Below, piece by piece: positions 1-13,025 of a stretch of 64,000 bases of DNA. The DNA comes from Heteronotia binoei (Eukaryota), in contig NC_083228.1 in NCBI RefSeq assembly GCF_032191835.1, positions 45,880,001 to 45,944,000 on the forward strand. The letters run 5' to 3'. The notes beneath the pieces were generated by a model. The model was not told the origin of the DNA, searched no databases, and was given only the letters and a program-made list of their open reading frames with translations. Every line of letters begins with the position of its first letter. Within the stretch, counting starts at the first letter, position 1. Position numbers and translations under genes: made by a program.

Positions 1-482
1 GTGTCCAGAAAAGAAACAAGTACACACAGAAGGCATTGTTATTCCCATTAAAATTACAGTACTAATTAAACTAATTACACATATGAGCCAGGCAAATTGC
101 TATAATTTTGCTGTAGAAAAGGCTGTGTGTTGTTTAATGGGACAATGATAACTCTGAATAAAACAATAGTGGGGGGTAATACATGTCAATACAATGTAGC
201 AATCCATTAGCCAAAATGCTTCTCCCCTCCCCTATTTTAAAGCAAAGTTACATTTGATGTCAGGTAGAATATTTATCAGTTTTGAAAACACAGTATTGCC
301 CTCCCAGTCAGAATGAACACGCACACACACGTTTTGGGTAACTAAACAGGCCACTTTTATTAAAACACAATTAAACGGCAAAGGGGCATCCTACTAAGCA
401 GAACAAACCTAAGGATCACCCTCAGACCCTAACTTGTCCTGTACAGGTGAGCCACTCTGCCCCTGGCACAAGCTATCCCGAG

Positions 483-1267
483 TAGGCTTCCCACCCCCCC
501 CCCTGCCCTGGTGGGGGACCCCCAAATTTGCAGCCTCCCCCCTCGCTCTCCAAAAATCCGGAAGGGGGGGGGACATGCGTGTAGGCATCATGTAGTTGTA
601 GAGCTCCTGATCCGTTTGTAAAATGTGTGCCTTTAAGGCTGGCAGGAAACAGGAAACAGAAAGGGCTTCATTGGAAAGGGTCAGTAATAGTTTTCCATGG
701 AGAACGGCCCCTCCCTTTCTTTTGCTTTCATTTTCACAGCAAGTAGAGTTCTGCAGGAAGAAGATCTAGTAAGTATTTGTGTGTGTGAGAGAGAGGGAGG
801 GGGCAGGGGATTCCCTGTTTTGGATGCCCCCCCTTTAGAAAGCATGGGGGGGGGAAATGTCTACTGGGCACTCTATTATTCCCTATGGAGAATGATTCCC
901 ATAGGGAATAATAGGGAATTGATCTGTGGGTATTGGGGGCTCTGGGGGGGCTATTTTTTGAGGTAAAGGCACCAGATTTTTAGTATAGCATCTAGTGCCT
1001 CTCCCCAAAATACCCCCCCAAGTTTCAAATGATTGGACCAGAGGGTCCAATTCTATGAGCCCCAAAAGATGGTGCCCCTATCCTTAATTATTTCCTATGG
1101 AAGAAAGGCATTTAAAAAGGTGTGCTGTCCCTTTAAATGTGATGGCCAGAACTCCCTTGGAGTTCAATTATGCTTGTCACACCCTTGTTCCTGGCTCCAC
1201 CCCCAATGTCTCCTGGCTCCACCCCCAAAGTCCCCAGATTTTTCTTGAATTGGACTTGGCAACTCTA
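483..1267. mobile_element. Non-autonomous hAT-type DNA transposon (TAGGGTTGCCA-like TIR family)
   Basis: Degenerate TIRs (taggcttccca ... ttggcaactcta) flanked by a perfect 8-bp TSD atcccgag at 475-482 and 1268-1275; no coding capacity. Confidence 0.8.
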
Positions 1268-4200
1268 ATCCCGAGGATGGCCAATACTGGGCCAGCCAGG
1301 CCAAGAAAGTCCTTCCCCTGTGTAGGCCTTAATCATCTTGAATGAGCCATACAGGGGAGGGTCCCATGTGATCTGCCCTCCCAGCAGGAAGCTGTACAGC
1401 CCATCTACTGGTCCAGATGACCACTTGTCCCCCAAACTGGGGCTAAGCCACGGGTTCTCACCTTTACAACCTAAACCCCATAACTCCATCCTGCCAAGTG
1501 ATCGAATTAGATGACCCACCATTCCAATTACCCAAGCAGTACAAGGTAGGAGAAAATACACCCCCAATCCGGCCAATAGGTTTGGAGGTGGCAAAAATTC
1601 CTACCTGGCCCCACTAATAAGGTGACCAGCTGAAACCTGTACTACTGCAGGGTGGGTGGGTGGGCCGGGAACAATAATGCACTGCATGGTTTGGGATGGG
1701 GCTAGTGCTGGTGCTGATATAGCCCCAGTGCTCCGCCCCTTACCGGTCCCCATATGCACGGAAAGGCCGGTAGCCTCCTCCTTCTTCTGGGGCCACAATT
1801 GCAGCCCCTGTCCTCAGCCGCCATTAGTGGCTCAGTCAGAAGGGAGCTGGAATACTGCAAAGCATACTAAAAATGACTTCATGTCACATTTTTTTTGTGT
1901 GTTCTCTATCTGAAAGCACAAATGGAACTTTGAAATGAAAACTTGAAATTTTAACTCAAGATGACAGTAGTAAATACCTCTCATATGGAATCCTGTTTTG
2001 TTTTCTGGCATTACAGAGTACAACACCAGTAAATCAACATCATGTTTTATATTATGACCTAGAAAATGGTTGTGTTAACCACAACCTTAGAGATCACATA
2101 ATTGTTTTTCTAAGTATAGATACACTATGACAGCTTTAGCAAGGATAGTATATTCTACTTTTTCACTAAATAATGTCTAGCATCTGTTACTGACATGGTC
2201 AATTTTTTCCATAGTTCTAAATATTTCATTTAATTAGAAACTGGTAGCTGAATAATGATGTACAGAAGTTCTGCAACTGTCTCCTTTGTGTGTAAATCCA
2301 AAAGGGTGAAAGGCAGGCTAGTTCTGACATACTAATTTTCTCTCCATTCCTGAGGAAAGTATACTAGGAGCAGAGTATAAAATTACCGATTTCTTTTTAA
2401 AAATTATATTTAAATCCATCCTATCCCAAACCCAAAACTCCTTCCTCAGCATAACCCAAACAACATCTAAGGAGCCAATATGGTATACTAATAAAGAGTG
2501 CTGAATCTGAGAGAACTGATGCCATGAAGCTGAATGGTTGACCTTGGACCAGACACATTCTTTCAGCCAAACCCACATCCCGATTGTTGCAAGGATATAG
2601 TGAGAAGGGAGAATTATGTATGTTACTTTGAGTTCATCGGAGGAAAAACAAGATTAAAATATGACAGATAAGTAGATGTACTTACCTACACAGATATTTT
2701 CCAACCTTTTCTTAATTTAATGTTCAGCCCAAAGGCCTGCCAAAATACCTAAATCTTTCAACACTTTCAAAACTTGTTGATGTTTAGACAGCTCTGTGTT
2801 GGGAAGCAATTCCATAAGCAGAGGGCACAGAGTATAACCATAAATAATTTTTAACACATTTGCTTCCAAACCTAACACAGAGATAAAAAGTTGGATCCTG
2901 ACTATATTTTCTGTCAGTTTAGTTAACATTATGGGTTGACCTTGGTGGGTCTTAGTGGAGAACACAGGAGTTTCTCTCTGGAGTATTGGGCCTCCATTCT
3001 TGGACTGTGAAACTACATCGTGGATGGATTGTCCTTCTTTAGAGATCAATCCACCAGAATTATGTCAGAAAAAGTGATTTGGTATTGGTGGCCTAAAAAA
3101 AACTTCTGCTAGTCTCATGAAGGGAAAAAATAATCCATGAGAGGGGACATTTCAGGGCAGATGTTGTATCATGTTGTTTTGATTAGCCATTCAGCCATAT
3201 GTTCCATATCCTTTTTCCCAGCCAGAAGCAAAATAAGACTTCATTTTTATAAATAATAAATGTGCTTTTGGGAGAACCTGCATGACAAACTTCACCCAAA
3301 GTGTATTTTCTCAGCCAGGTTATTAAGAACTGAGAAAGAGACCATCAGATGGAATTGCTGAAAGACTCCTCTAAAAAAGTATAATAGTCCCACTGGATCC
3401 CACTATAATATCCCTTATATAGGTGGGTCTTTTCTTTTTTACCTTTGTCACAATGACACATTAAGTTAAGGCATGGCAAAGATTACAGCTAGTGGTCCAG
3501 AGAAGACAAATAAACAAAAATACTCTTGTAACCAGTTTTTCTTTTTTTCCCGTCACAGGAAAGCCAAGATAAACCAGTCTGCTGGAAACAGAATTACATT
3601 CAAGGTGTATATGACTGTTATAGTTTAAAGATATTTTGTAGTTATAACTGTAAAGGAAATTGCCCTGCTATCTTTCCATTTCTTCTTGACACTTCAGCAA
3701 AAGAACATTGATATCTCGGTTAAGATGCTGTTATACTTGATGGCTGACTTCTATTTCTTTTATCTTGAAGTTAATTATTTTTTGTCTGTGGTTGGCTATT
3801 TGTTTCTCATGAACTGATAAATACAATCAATAAAAGGAATCCTTCAAGAACAGGACTGCCAAAATTCATTTGGCATGCAGATGATTTGTTTTCCTTTCAT
3901 CATTAGGATAGAACTTTGATATGATTCCTTCCCACAAGACTGTCATTTTCATTCTCTGTCAAGATGCCTGTCATGTATTGAAATGAAAAGAGCCCCTTGC
4001 AGATCCTATTTACTCTATGGAAACATGTATCCCAGAACAAAAACAGTGCATGCATTTCCAGAGCAGTTAGTGATGCATAAACAGACTGTAGGTTGTTCTG
4101 GATCTTATACAATAAACTGTGGAGCAACCCTTTTCTGGCATCAATGCATGAAAGTTGTGGTTATAGAATCATAAAGAAATAGCTGTCAAGAATAACCAGC

Positions 4201-4588
4201 CTTAAACTCAGAGGATAGCTGGAACCATTCTGAAATATTTTGAAAGAGCCACAAATAAACTGATTGCAGTTTTTTTTCAAAACAGAGAGCAGTTTCTGGA
4301 ATGGAACCCAGAATGTTAACTTGAGTAGGGGTGCGGGAGCTAGTGAAACAGTGGTGTATCAGGCTAATTTTAGCAAATTGTGTAGAGGCCATTCCAATAC
4401 ACAAACCTTCCTCTTCATGTACATTAAAATGCATGTGATGTCTGGAAGCATCCAGGTTGGGACTGGGAACAAAAGCAATTCCTTCTTAACTAAAGCTGTA
4501 AATCCTGAAAATTTGATATGATCTTTAGCTTAGACCCATTGCCTTCCTGAACCATAGGTCTGATTTACCAGCAAATCCCATTCCTGAG

Positions 4589-4806
4589 CATGAACATATG
4601 AACATATGAAGCTGCCTTATACCAAATCAGACCCTTGGTCCATCAAAGTCAGTATTGTCTTCTCAGACTGGCAGCGGCTCTCCAGGGTCTCAAGCTGAGG
4701 TTTTTCACACCTATTTGCCTGGACCCTTTTTTTGGAGATGCCAGGGATTGAACCTGGGACCTTCTGCTTCCCAAGCAGATGCTCTACCTCTGAGCCACCA
4801 TCCCTC
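4589..4806 (-). mobile_element. tRNA-derived SINE with CR1-like 3' tail
   Basis: Minus strand has A-box-like tggctcagaggtag, B-box ggttcaatccc and an (atatgttc)n tail; near-identical copy at 44405-44615. Confidence 0.85.
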
Positions 4807-5004
4807 CCTGAAAGATTGTCACTCATTCTGGTTCCCTGAAAATTGTTCCACATCAGCCATAGTAACTCACCTGAGTACCAAACAACTAGCCACTGTCCAA
4901 TAGCTACAGAAAACTGAACATGAACTCCTTATATCTAAATAGTCAAATATTCTTCTTCTTACTTGGAACAAACAGATATTAAGATTTTTCTTCATCAGAT
5001 ATAT

Positions 5005-5139
5005 CAGGGGTGGCCAACGGTAGCTCTCCAGATGTTTCTTGCCTACAACTCCCATCAGCCCCAGCCATTGGCCATGCTGTCTGGGGCTGATGGGAGCTGT
5101 AGGCAAAAACATCTGGAGAGCTACCGTTGGCCACCCCTG
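5005..5139. mobile_element. Palindromic hAT MITE
   Basis: Long TIR caggggtggccaacggtagctctccagatgttt and its reverse complement; perfect 8-bp TSD agatatat at 4997-5004 and 5140-5147. Confidence 0.92.
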
Positions 5140-8100
5140 AGATATATAAATAGGGAAGAATCATGACATCCCAACAAGGGTGTTTTATTAGATGTGAAAA
5201 TACTTAGGAAGCATTTAATCTTACTCCTATTGCTGTGACCAAGCATAAAGTATTATACAATATGCTGTAATTAATTCTCCATTTTTGGTATTTATTACAT
5301 ATCCTTTGCAGACATTACCTATGTTACCAATTCTTGGTGTTTACCTATGGAAGACTCAATAGTTTAAATTCATTTTAAGTATGTAAAATATTGTTCTTTA
5401 GTACGTAATACATTCACTACTACAAGCACTGCTGAAACAGAAGAGTATACAATTCACTCTACTATCATAAATGAGCAATCTTAAGCAGTTCTACTCAGAG
5501 ACAAGTTCCATTTTATTCAGTGAAGCATATTTCCAGGGACATATTCTGAAGATTATAGCCACTTAAAGCTCTTGTGCTCTCTTAGTAGACCCTACCCTTT
5601 GTCTCTTGCTGGCTCATATGTCATGGGACTTTAGTATACGGAGTTATGAATTTTAAGCTCATGAAATTTTACAAATAGAGATAAAGTTATCAACAACAGA
5701 TAGAAAGAAAAAATGTCTGGAGAAGTTCCATTGGTTTTAGAACATGAATATTTTATATACATGTAGGTGTTCCATAACTTGGAAATAATTAAAAGGTAAA
5801 GGCTGTAAACTCCCTCACTTGCTGTGTCTTCTGCAATGTTATATATTTTTGTACACTTGTATCTCACCCTCCTTCCAAAGATTTTTTTAATTATTTTTTA
5901 AGTAACATCTTTTAGTGATCAAGGTAGCTGGATAACTATAGGTAACTCTTCTGATTTGGGACCAAAAGCTGTTTTTTGTTGTTTATTCTGATAGCTTTGA
6001 ATCGTTGTGGAAGTATCTGCAAAAGCTTCTGAACAAACAACCTTTGAGTGTCTGCAAAGACCCAACTCTAAGCCACCCATGGAAGTATGCTAAAATTCAA
6101 TAGAAAGTGGTTTCCACAGAGAACCTGTTATAACTGTTTTGGAAATTAAACAGGGATATGGTATCATGCTTACTTCTGAAAAAGAACATGACAGTACCAC
6201 CTCAAGAAAATTTCACTCTTCTAAGTTCATTGAAATTCATGTAACTCTGCTTAGAATTTCAATGTAAAGCCCTTAGGCTGAGAAATATTTTTTCATATAA
6301 ATAGTCTCTCCTCTGTTATTAAAAAAATATATCTACCATACCAATTCTTGGAAAGTATTTCCCTAAAAACAGAAACACATAATGTATTACTTGGAGAAAA
6401 TAAGTTTGTTCTCCATTCTGAATGGCAAGCAGCATCCTTTTTAAGGGGCATGGTTACATCTGTTATGGTAATGATTCAAGTGTAAGGCTTTACATTTGGA
6501 ATATACTTTTGTTTCAGTGTTTTAAGGTCATACTGTCTATATTAATTTCAGATCAGAAGCTGCTATTTCTTGTTATGTATTATCCAATAAGGGTTATATG
6601 TACATGATCAGCTCTGGGCCAAACTAGTTGCAACAATATCCATGAGTCCAATCTATGGCTGATGACACCATTTTAAAGGGATTTATGAATGACACAAGGA
6701 TCCAAGCATGATTGGTCCTTCAGTATGGTGGGCTGAAGTAGTCTTGTCCCCTACCCTGCTCAAAGTACTGAAACAGCTGCAACTCCCCACGGTTAAATTT
6801 TTAAAACCCTTTAAAATGCTGTTGGTGTCCATGGGTTAGAACTGTGGTCGCCATCTTGTCTGGTTTGGCTTCTGACTAGGCCCTTAGGTTTCTCTCATGA
6901 CATCTCATCAAATGTGCTTTATTTTAACTTTACGGATTTCCTAGAAACTCTGATAATTATGTAGTAAAAAAGAAGGTTTTTCTAGTAGTTGTGTAGATTT
7001 TCCTGCAGTTTTCTTACTAACATAATCAGAAGTAAGGGCTGCAGGCTTAAAGTTTCCATACAAGCCTGCTCTTGATCAATCACATCAAAGTATGAATGAC
7101 AAAGATGAAGGCACTATGGAGGGAAATTAGAAATGATCCATCCTGATGCTTCTAAAAGCTTGGCTACATGGCAATATGAGAACAGGATTCAAATCTGTCC
7201 TTAATTCCACTGATCACCATATACCTGCCAATTTTTCTTGGGATGTGACTTTAGGATTTAGTTGTTCCCATCCCACAGTTGAGCCTGTGTTATTCTAAAG
7301 GTACAATTTTTCCCCTTTCATAACAACTATAACTGGGGGGGCCTTGATTTGCATGATACATCACTCACACAAATGTGTCTCCAAGTACAGCCAGAGCTGA
7401 ATCACATTAAGAACAATTTGGATGCCTGAATGATTTCTCAGGATTCTACTACCAAACATTCTTATTTTTGAGATGGTCTTTGTATTTCAACAAGTTTGTG
7501 TGGAATAAGCTTTAAATGACAAAAAGTTTATCAATTTTAAGACCAGCAAGACTATATGATTCAGTCTTCCCAATGATGACTGTTCTTCTCATTGACAATC
7601 AAGCTGCCATCAGTTGTTCTCAATACTTCTCAATACTGAACATGTTCTCAATTTGATAAAATGTTAGAAATGACATCAGTTAAGAATTGCAATATATTAA
7701 TCTTCTGGCAGTCATTTTCTTGGTTTTTGCTTCCTCATGACCACTGTTGTCCCTTATGACCACAATAATCTATTTCTGTATGAAAGGTAGAACCATACAA
7801 TGTCAGATTGGGTTGCATTTAAAAGCATTCTTAGATATAAAAATAATCTGTACTCCAAAAAAACCTTGCTTGCATCAAGAGACTTTTTAGAAGTGAGAAA
7901 CAAGATTCATAAAGAATCAAGGACACACTATGAAACATTCTTTTTCATCCACAAAATATTTTCTGTGTTCTGAAAGTAGCTGTCCCAATGGTGATAGTTA
8001 CAAATGTGCACAATCATGTCTACATTTTAAATGCATTCATTTTTTTAGTACCAAAAGTCCTGGATTTTTGAAAAAGGTCAGTTGAACATGAAATATCAAA

Positions 8101-8475
8101 GAAAAGGTCCCAATGAAGTAAATTAAAATGGTAAAAAAGTGTGCTAGAGGGTGAAAATAAATTATCAAAGAAAGCAGCATGCTTTCATTCCGTTGCCCAT
8201 GTGGAAAGGAAAGATAAAGAAGCAGGCAAAGAAACCTAAGTCAGGGAAAATGAATGTTTAAAAATCTAGCTGTCTCTGGGGTCCCAAGTAGACAATAAAT
8301 ATGGAATATCAGACTTTATAAAGTCACTGCTATAATGGCTACATCATTGGATATACCAGGGGAAAAATGCTATTTGCTCAAGATCTCAAGCAGCTTAGAG
8401 AGAAACCTCTGACTTAAGTATTTGATTTCATCTGCTCATTAAATTGTGTATGTGTATGCCTGTATAGAACACTAA

Positions 8476-10520
8476 CAGCCCAATTCAGACATACGTGGTG
8501 GCCAGCCGCTTGGGCATGGGTGAATCTATGGCGCTGCTCATTGGCTTCCAAAGGGGAGACGTTACGCCATGCTTGGAGGGGGAAGAGCGGCTCAACGAGT
8601 GAGAGAGAACCCGTTGCCATGGTGATTCCGCCCAGGTGCACGCCATTGGCCCGCTGCCAAGGCAGGGATGGGGGAGGTGCAGGCTCGCAGGGGACCATGG
8701 GATTGGCCAGTACGTTGCATGTGACCAGGCAAGGGGGCGAAAAGCCTGCGCCTGAGAGGCTGTCAATCCCCCCACTGTCTCCCACTGTTAGAGACTCTGC
8801 CAATAGCAGGCTGGCAGGCAGAGGCATATGTGGACAAGCAGGAAGTGCCAAGTGCAGGAGTTCTCTGTCCTTGTCAGCAGCTGGAATGTGTGTCTGGGAG
8901 AGGCCAGACCAAGTCCAAAAGACACCCCATGGAGCCCCCCCCCCGGTGTTGCCCTGCTGCCGCCCCCTGCTTTGTGAAAGGAACACCTCCCCTGGGGGCC
9001 GCAGAACACAGAGTGTGAGCCGCTGGGCATGCCCTCCCAAGTGCTCAGTGCACAACAGCCCTGTGTGGTTGGGTAGGCCATCAGCCCAGGCAGGCTGAGG
9101 GGTGGCACTCCCTTTCCCTGTCCAGCCATGCGGGGGGCAGCATGGTGGCTCATAGCCCATCCCCCCCCAAGAACCAAGGTTGCTCACCCTACCAGGCATT
9201 CCCTTGGAGAGGCCACTGATGGGGGGGTTGCCCTGGGAATGTGCAGCAGATGCCAAGCAGGAGAGACAACAGAGGGCACAGCTCAGACTTTATTTTTCCA
9301 GAACAGAGTGCAACGGTCTCCCTGGAGTGCGCTGGGCAGTCTCGCTGTGGGCGGGGCTCCATTCCAAGCAGCAGGCAGAAGCAGCTGAGGGAGTGGGGGG
9401 GGGCAGTGGAGCAACACATGTGGAAGCCTCTGTGTTGGAGTCTCACCTGCAAAACGGAGACAGAGATCACCTGCAGAGGCGACAGCTGGAAGAGCAGGCT
9501 GCATTTCATCCAGGCACTCTCTTAAAGGGACAGTCTCTGACTCACCTTCCCGCATCGGGACAGCTGCCACCCCCCACCCTTCCAGGGGTTGGGAATGCGG
9601 CAGAGGGCAGACAAAGGGAAGGGAGCAGGCAGCAGCACAGGGGAGTGGGCTCAGCAAATGTCCCCTGCTGGAGCCCACTGCCGGGTTCAAGTGCCAAAGA
9701 TGCTCACACATCGAGTGGTCGAGAGTGAGGGGAGGTGGAGGATGGGGGGGGAAGTGGAACTTACCCAGCCATGGGTGACAGTCCTCGCATGCTGAGCCTC
9801 CGGGAGCCTGAAACCTGTGGAGACCTGGAAACAAGAGCAGTTAGCCCCAGGGGAGAGACCTCTCTCCCCCTCGCAAGTCAAAGATACTGGCAAAGCAACT
9901 GTGCAATGCAGAACCCATCACCAACGTGCCTGTCTGTCCCTCACTCAAGTCTGCATGGCTGGGAGCTCGCCGGCAGAGCTTTCCGCCATGCAAATCTGTC
10001 CCTAACAACTGAGTTGTGCAAGGCAGAGTGAAAGTATTTCTAGGAGGGGGGGCGCGATTGAGCGCCAGGGAGGGAGCTCGCCAGGCCAAGGCATGAGGGG
10101 ATTGGTGAGGCAATCACGCCACTCCCTAAGGGGTTTGCAAGCTTCTGCAGTGGTGGAGGCGACCTTTGTTTTGGGTTTCAACGAGTGCCTATGGGATACG
10201 CCACTATTTTTGCAGGTGTGATGTTGCGCCTCTCGGGAGGGGCGTGTCATGGGTCAAACTGCTCAGGAAGCCACCAACTCCACCTCCTCCTCCGCCTGAA
10301 CGCTGCGCTCCACCTCACTTCTGCCCGCACTCGGGCACAGCCCTCAGGTGCCGCTGCGCTCGGGCAGAGTGGTGCTTGGGCGGCCCCCCCCCGACCATGT
10401 AACTCCCTTCCACTGTGGCAGCACTGGTCGCATACCAGAACACACCCTTCCTGCACCCACATAGCGGCTTGTCTGCTCCCAAAAGACTTTCCGCACACAC
10501 CCTCCCCCCGGATTGTACTG
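8476..10520. mobile_element. GC-rich putative PIF/Harbinger-type non-autonomous element
   Basis: Sharp GC-rich block in AT-rich DNA; imperfect TIR (cagcccaattc vs reverse complement cagtacaatcc, 8/11); TAA on both flanks (8473-8475, 10521-10523); no recognisable domain in its ORFs. Confidence 0.5.
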
Positions 10521-11129
10521 TAAATGGTCAGTCCAGCTCTATAAAAAGATTTCTCCTACTTTTAAAATTTGCTGGATTAGATCCTGAAATAGTCATGCTT
10601 GGTTGACTTAAAAGAATAGGAAATCTGCCTGGAGGAACTTTCATTTTTACCATACAGTCTCCTATACTAATGATACTTTCACTAGCAATCGGCTCCAAAT
10701 TACATGTAGAATATATTTTCCTTGGACCAAGAGAGAAAGACCTATAATTTAAGACAAAAATATTTGACTAGGGAAGAACATATTTGAAAATGAGGCCTCT
10801 GTGTTTTATCCCTACCTAACTGGTCTTATTTTCAGTATTCATTTTACCACCTAGAGTTATTACTGAAGAATCCTGAGCTGGCTGAAATGCATATGGTCTT
10901 GGTCACCTATAGTTTTTGATTGTATGATTTTTATCCTGTTTTGAGAGTACTATTGGGCCCATAGATTTTTCCCTAATTTGTAATAGCTGTTCACCTAATT
11001 TGTTATAAATACATGCATTTTGGTATATTTTATAATATTTATGTTGTATATTTTAATTGATATTATTTGGTCCTTATATTTGTGGTAATTAATCTTTTGG
11101 GTTTTTAATTCAACTTGTTTGGGTTAAGT

Positions 11130-11559
11130 TTTTCTCCCTTTTTTCTTCCACTATGAATGTGCAATATATAGTTATCAGGCAGAGCCTACTAAAAGATCTA
11201 TTGCAAATAAGTTTGGCTTTTTCTGAAGTAATTAGGGGTAAATGCATTATTTTTGAAGTAGTAAAGCTGACAGATTCTGGCTGCAGTGTTTCATTAACCA
11301 TGATGAATACAAGGCAATTGTTGCACCAGTGTTCTACATCCTGCTTCATTCCTGGCTACCAGTAAGTCTCCTTTACTCTGTCTGAAGTCAACTCCTTTCC
11401 TCGGTAGCCCTGCTCATGATGCAGTAAGGCATGCAAATGGGCCAAAATGACTCCTCCTCTTGGTTTTGTTAGAAGATTATCAAGTGAATAAACCAGTGTT
11501 ACATCCACTGATTGTGCTGGGTGGCTGGTGCTGTTAAGTCCGGATATTGTGCTATATGG
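11130..11559 (-). pseudogene. Fossil LTR-retroelement/ERV integrase N-terminus (zinc-binding HHCC region)
   Basis: Minus-strand translation HHEQGYRGKELTSDRVKETYW*PGMKQDVEHWCNNCL matches the integrase H..GH.G...T.......YWWP.M..DV.....C..C pattern. Confidence 0.7.
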
Positions 11560-13017
11560 CAGGTATATCCAACAGGTAGATCGCAATCCACCAGTAGATC
11601 ATGGAGGGGTCACAGGTAGATCATCAGCCCCACTTGGTCTCATGGTTTGCTGGACAGGTGTTTGGGGTTTTTTATGATTGTTTGGTGTGGTGGTATTTGA
11701 TTATTGGTGCCAGTAAGATGAATTGTTATTTTTACTTTTAGAACTGCATGTGTAGTTTTGACATCATCCAGAGGTCTTCAGTTCCTGTTGATCTTTAATA
11801 CTTTGGGACAGTGACAGTTTTGAACCAGATTCAGCCAGTGTTAACTTGCCACCCCAGTATAATGAAGATGAGTGCTCCAAAGAAGAGCAAAACCTTCCAC
11901 TTTCAGGATGAATGGGAAATGGACAACTTCATCATGGTGAAAGACAAGTGTTATTGTCTACTTTGTAAAGCCGCTGTATCCTTGCCCAAAAAGGGTAATC
12001 TGGAGCATCATTATAAGGCTCTGCATAGCAATAAGTTTGATGTTGATTTTCCAGCTAAAAGTGAAATTTGTAAACTGAAGCTCAAATAATTTAAATCTAA
12101 ATTCGCTGCACAGGAACACTAGATGGCGAAACCAAGGTCACATTCAGTCAATGCAGCCATGGCATCCTTCAAGGTCAGCAACCTGATCACAAAGAAATGC
12201 AAACCTTTCAATGAAGGATAATTTGTAAAAGATTGTGGAGTACTTGTCATACCCATTCAAAGCAGATATGGACATTAAGGAAACTGCAGCTGCTATCTGT
12301 AAAAATTACTCATTGAACAAGGCATCTCTTGAAAATGAAATAGTAACCCTTAAAAATGACATTTTTCTCAAGACCCATGCTGAGCAAGAATCGTTTTGGA
12401 AGCTAGTACCTAGAGACAAATTTCCCAACTCGAGAAAATGCACTGAAGCTTGTACACTCCTGTTTTGGTTCAACATATTTGTGTGAATCTGCGTTTTCCC
12501 ATCTGAAAATGACAGAGAGTGCACAGCGTTCCAACATGACAGATGAACATCTCCAGGTTTCCCTGAGACTGGCCCTCACGCAATATTCATCCAACTTCAA
12601 AAAGCTGGTGGATGAAATGCAGGCTCAGATGTCTCTCTAATTAGCAAGAGCGAAGTTTTAAAGATTGCGCAAGATCAGCCTGGATCAATACTTGACCTAC
12701 ATTTAACACAAATTACTCAATAAAGGTTAAAGAACGTTATTAAGACAGTTAAAGAAAGTTATAACAATAAAAAATTAAGAAAAACTGTTCACTGTTCTTT
12801 CTGGATCTTCGTCTCTCTGTTTTGTTTTCGCTTATTTTGCGTACCAGTAAATGACAGAAGTATTGTAAATGGGGGGAGGGGGTGCAGTGGAACCCAATTT
12901 TGGTGGGTTAAAATCTAATTCGAAACTAATTTGAAACTTAATTTTCATGGTGGTAGATCACCAGCACTTTTGTCCGGAAAAAGTAGATCATGACCTGTTC
13001 GAAGTTGGACATGCCTG
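11560..13017 (+). mobile_element. Internally deleted hAT transposon (Charlie/GTF2IRD2-EPM2AIP1-like transposase remnant)
   Basis: TIRs caggtatatccaac / gttggacatgcctg; perfect 8-bp TSD ctatatgg at 11552-11559 and 13018-13025. N-terminal FQDEW..CYCLLC..NLEHHYKALH and C-terminal ESAFSHLK..RSNMTDEHLQVSLRL dimerisation-type motif; catalytic middle missing; stops and frameshifts. Confidence 0.9.
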
Positions 13018-13025
13018 CTATATGG

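Noticed and set aside
4700-4806. tRNA gene (also at 21470, 44530, 61390)
   Set aside because: A/B boxes are present, but there is no complete cloverleaf and each continues into a SINE body.
6900-7900. Ancient LINE remnant
   Set aside because: Slightly coding-like texture, but no motif readable in any frame.
8414-10523. ORFs of 280, 192, 183 and 182 aa as host genes
   Set aside because: They overlap on both strands within a GC-rich insert, have low-complexity composition and show no domain motifs; this is expected from stop-codon scarcity.
10790-11100. Penelope-like terminal repeat
   Set aside because: Only a vague resemblance around actgaagaatcctgagctggctgaaa; no coding support.
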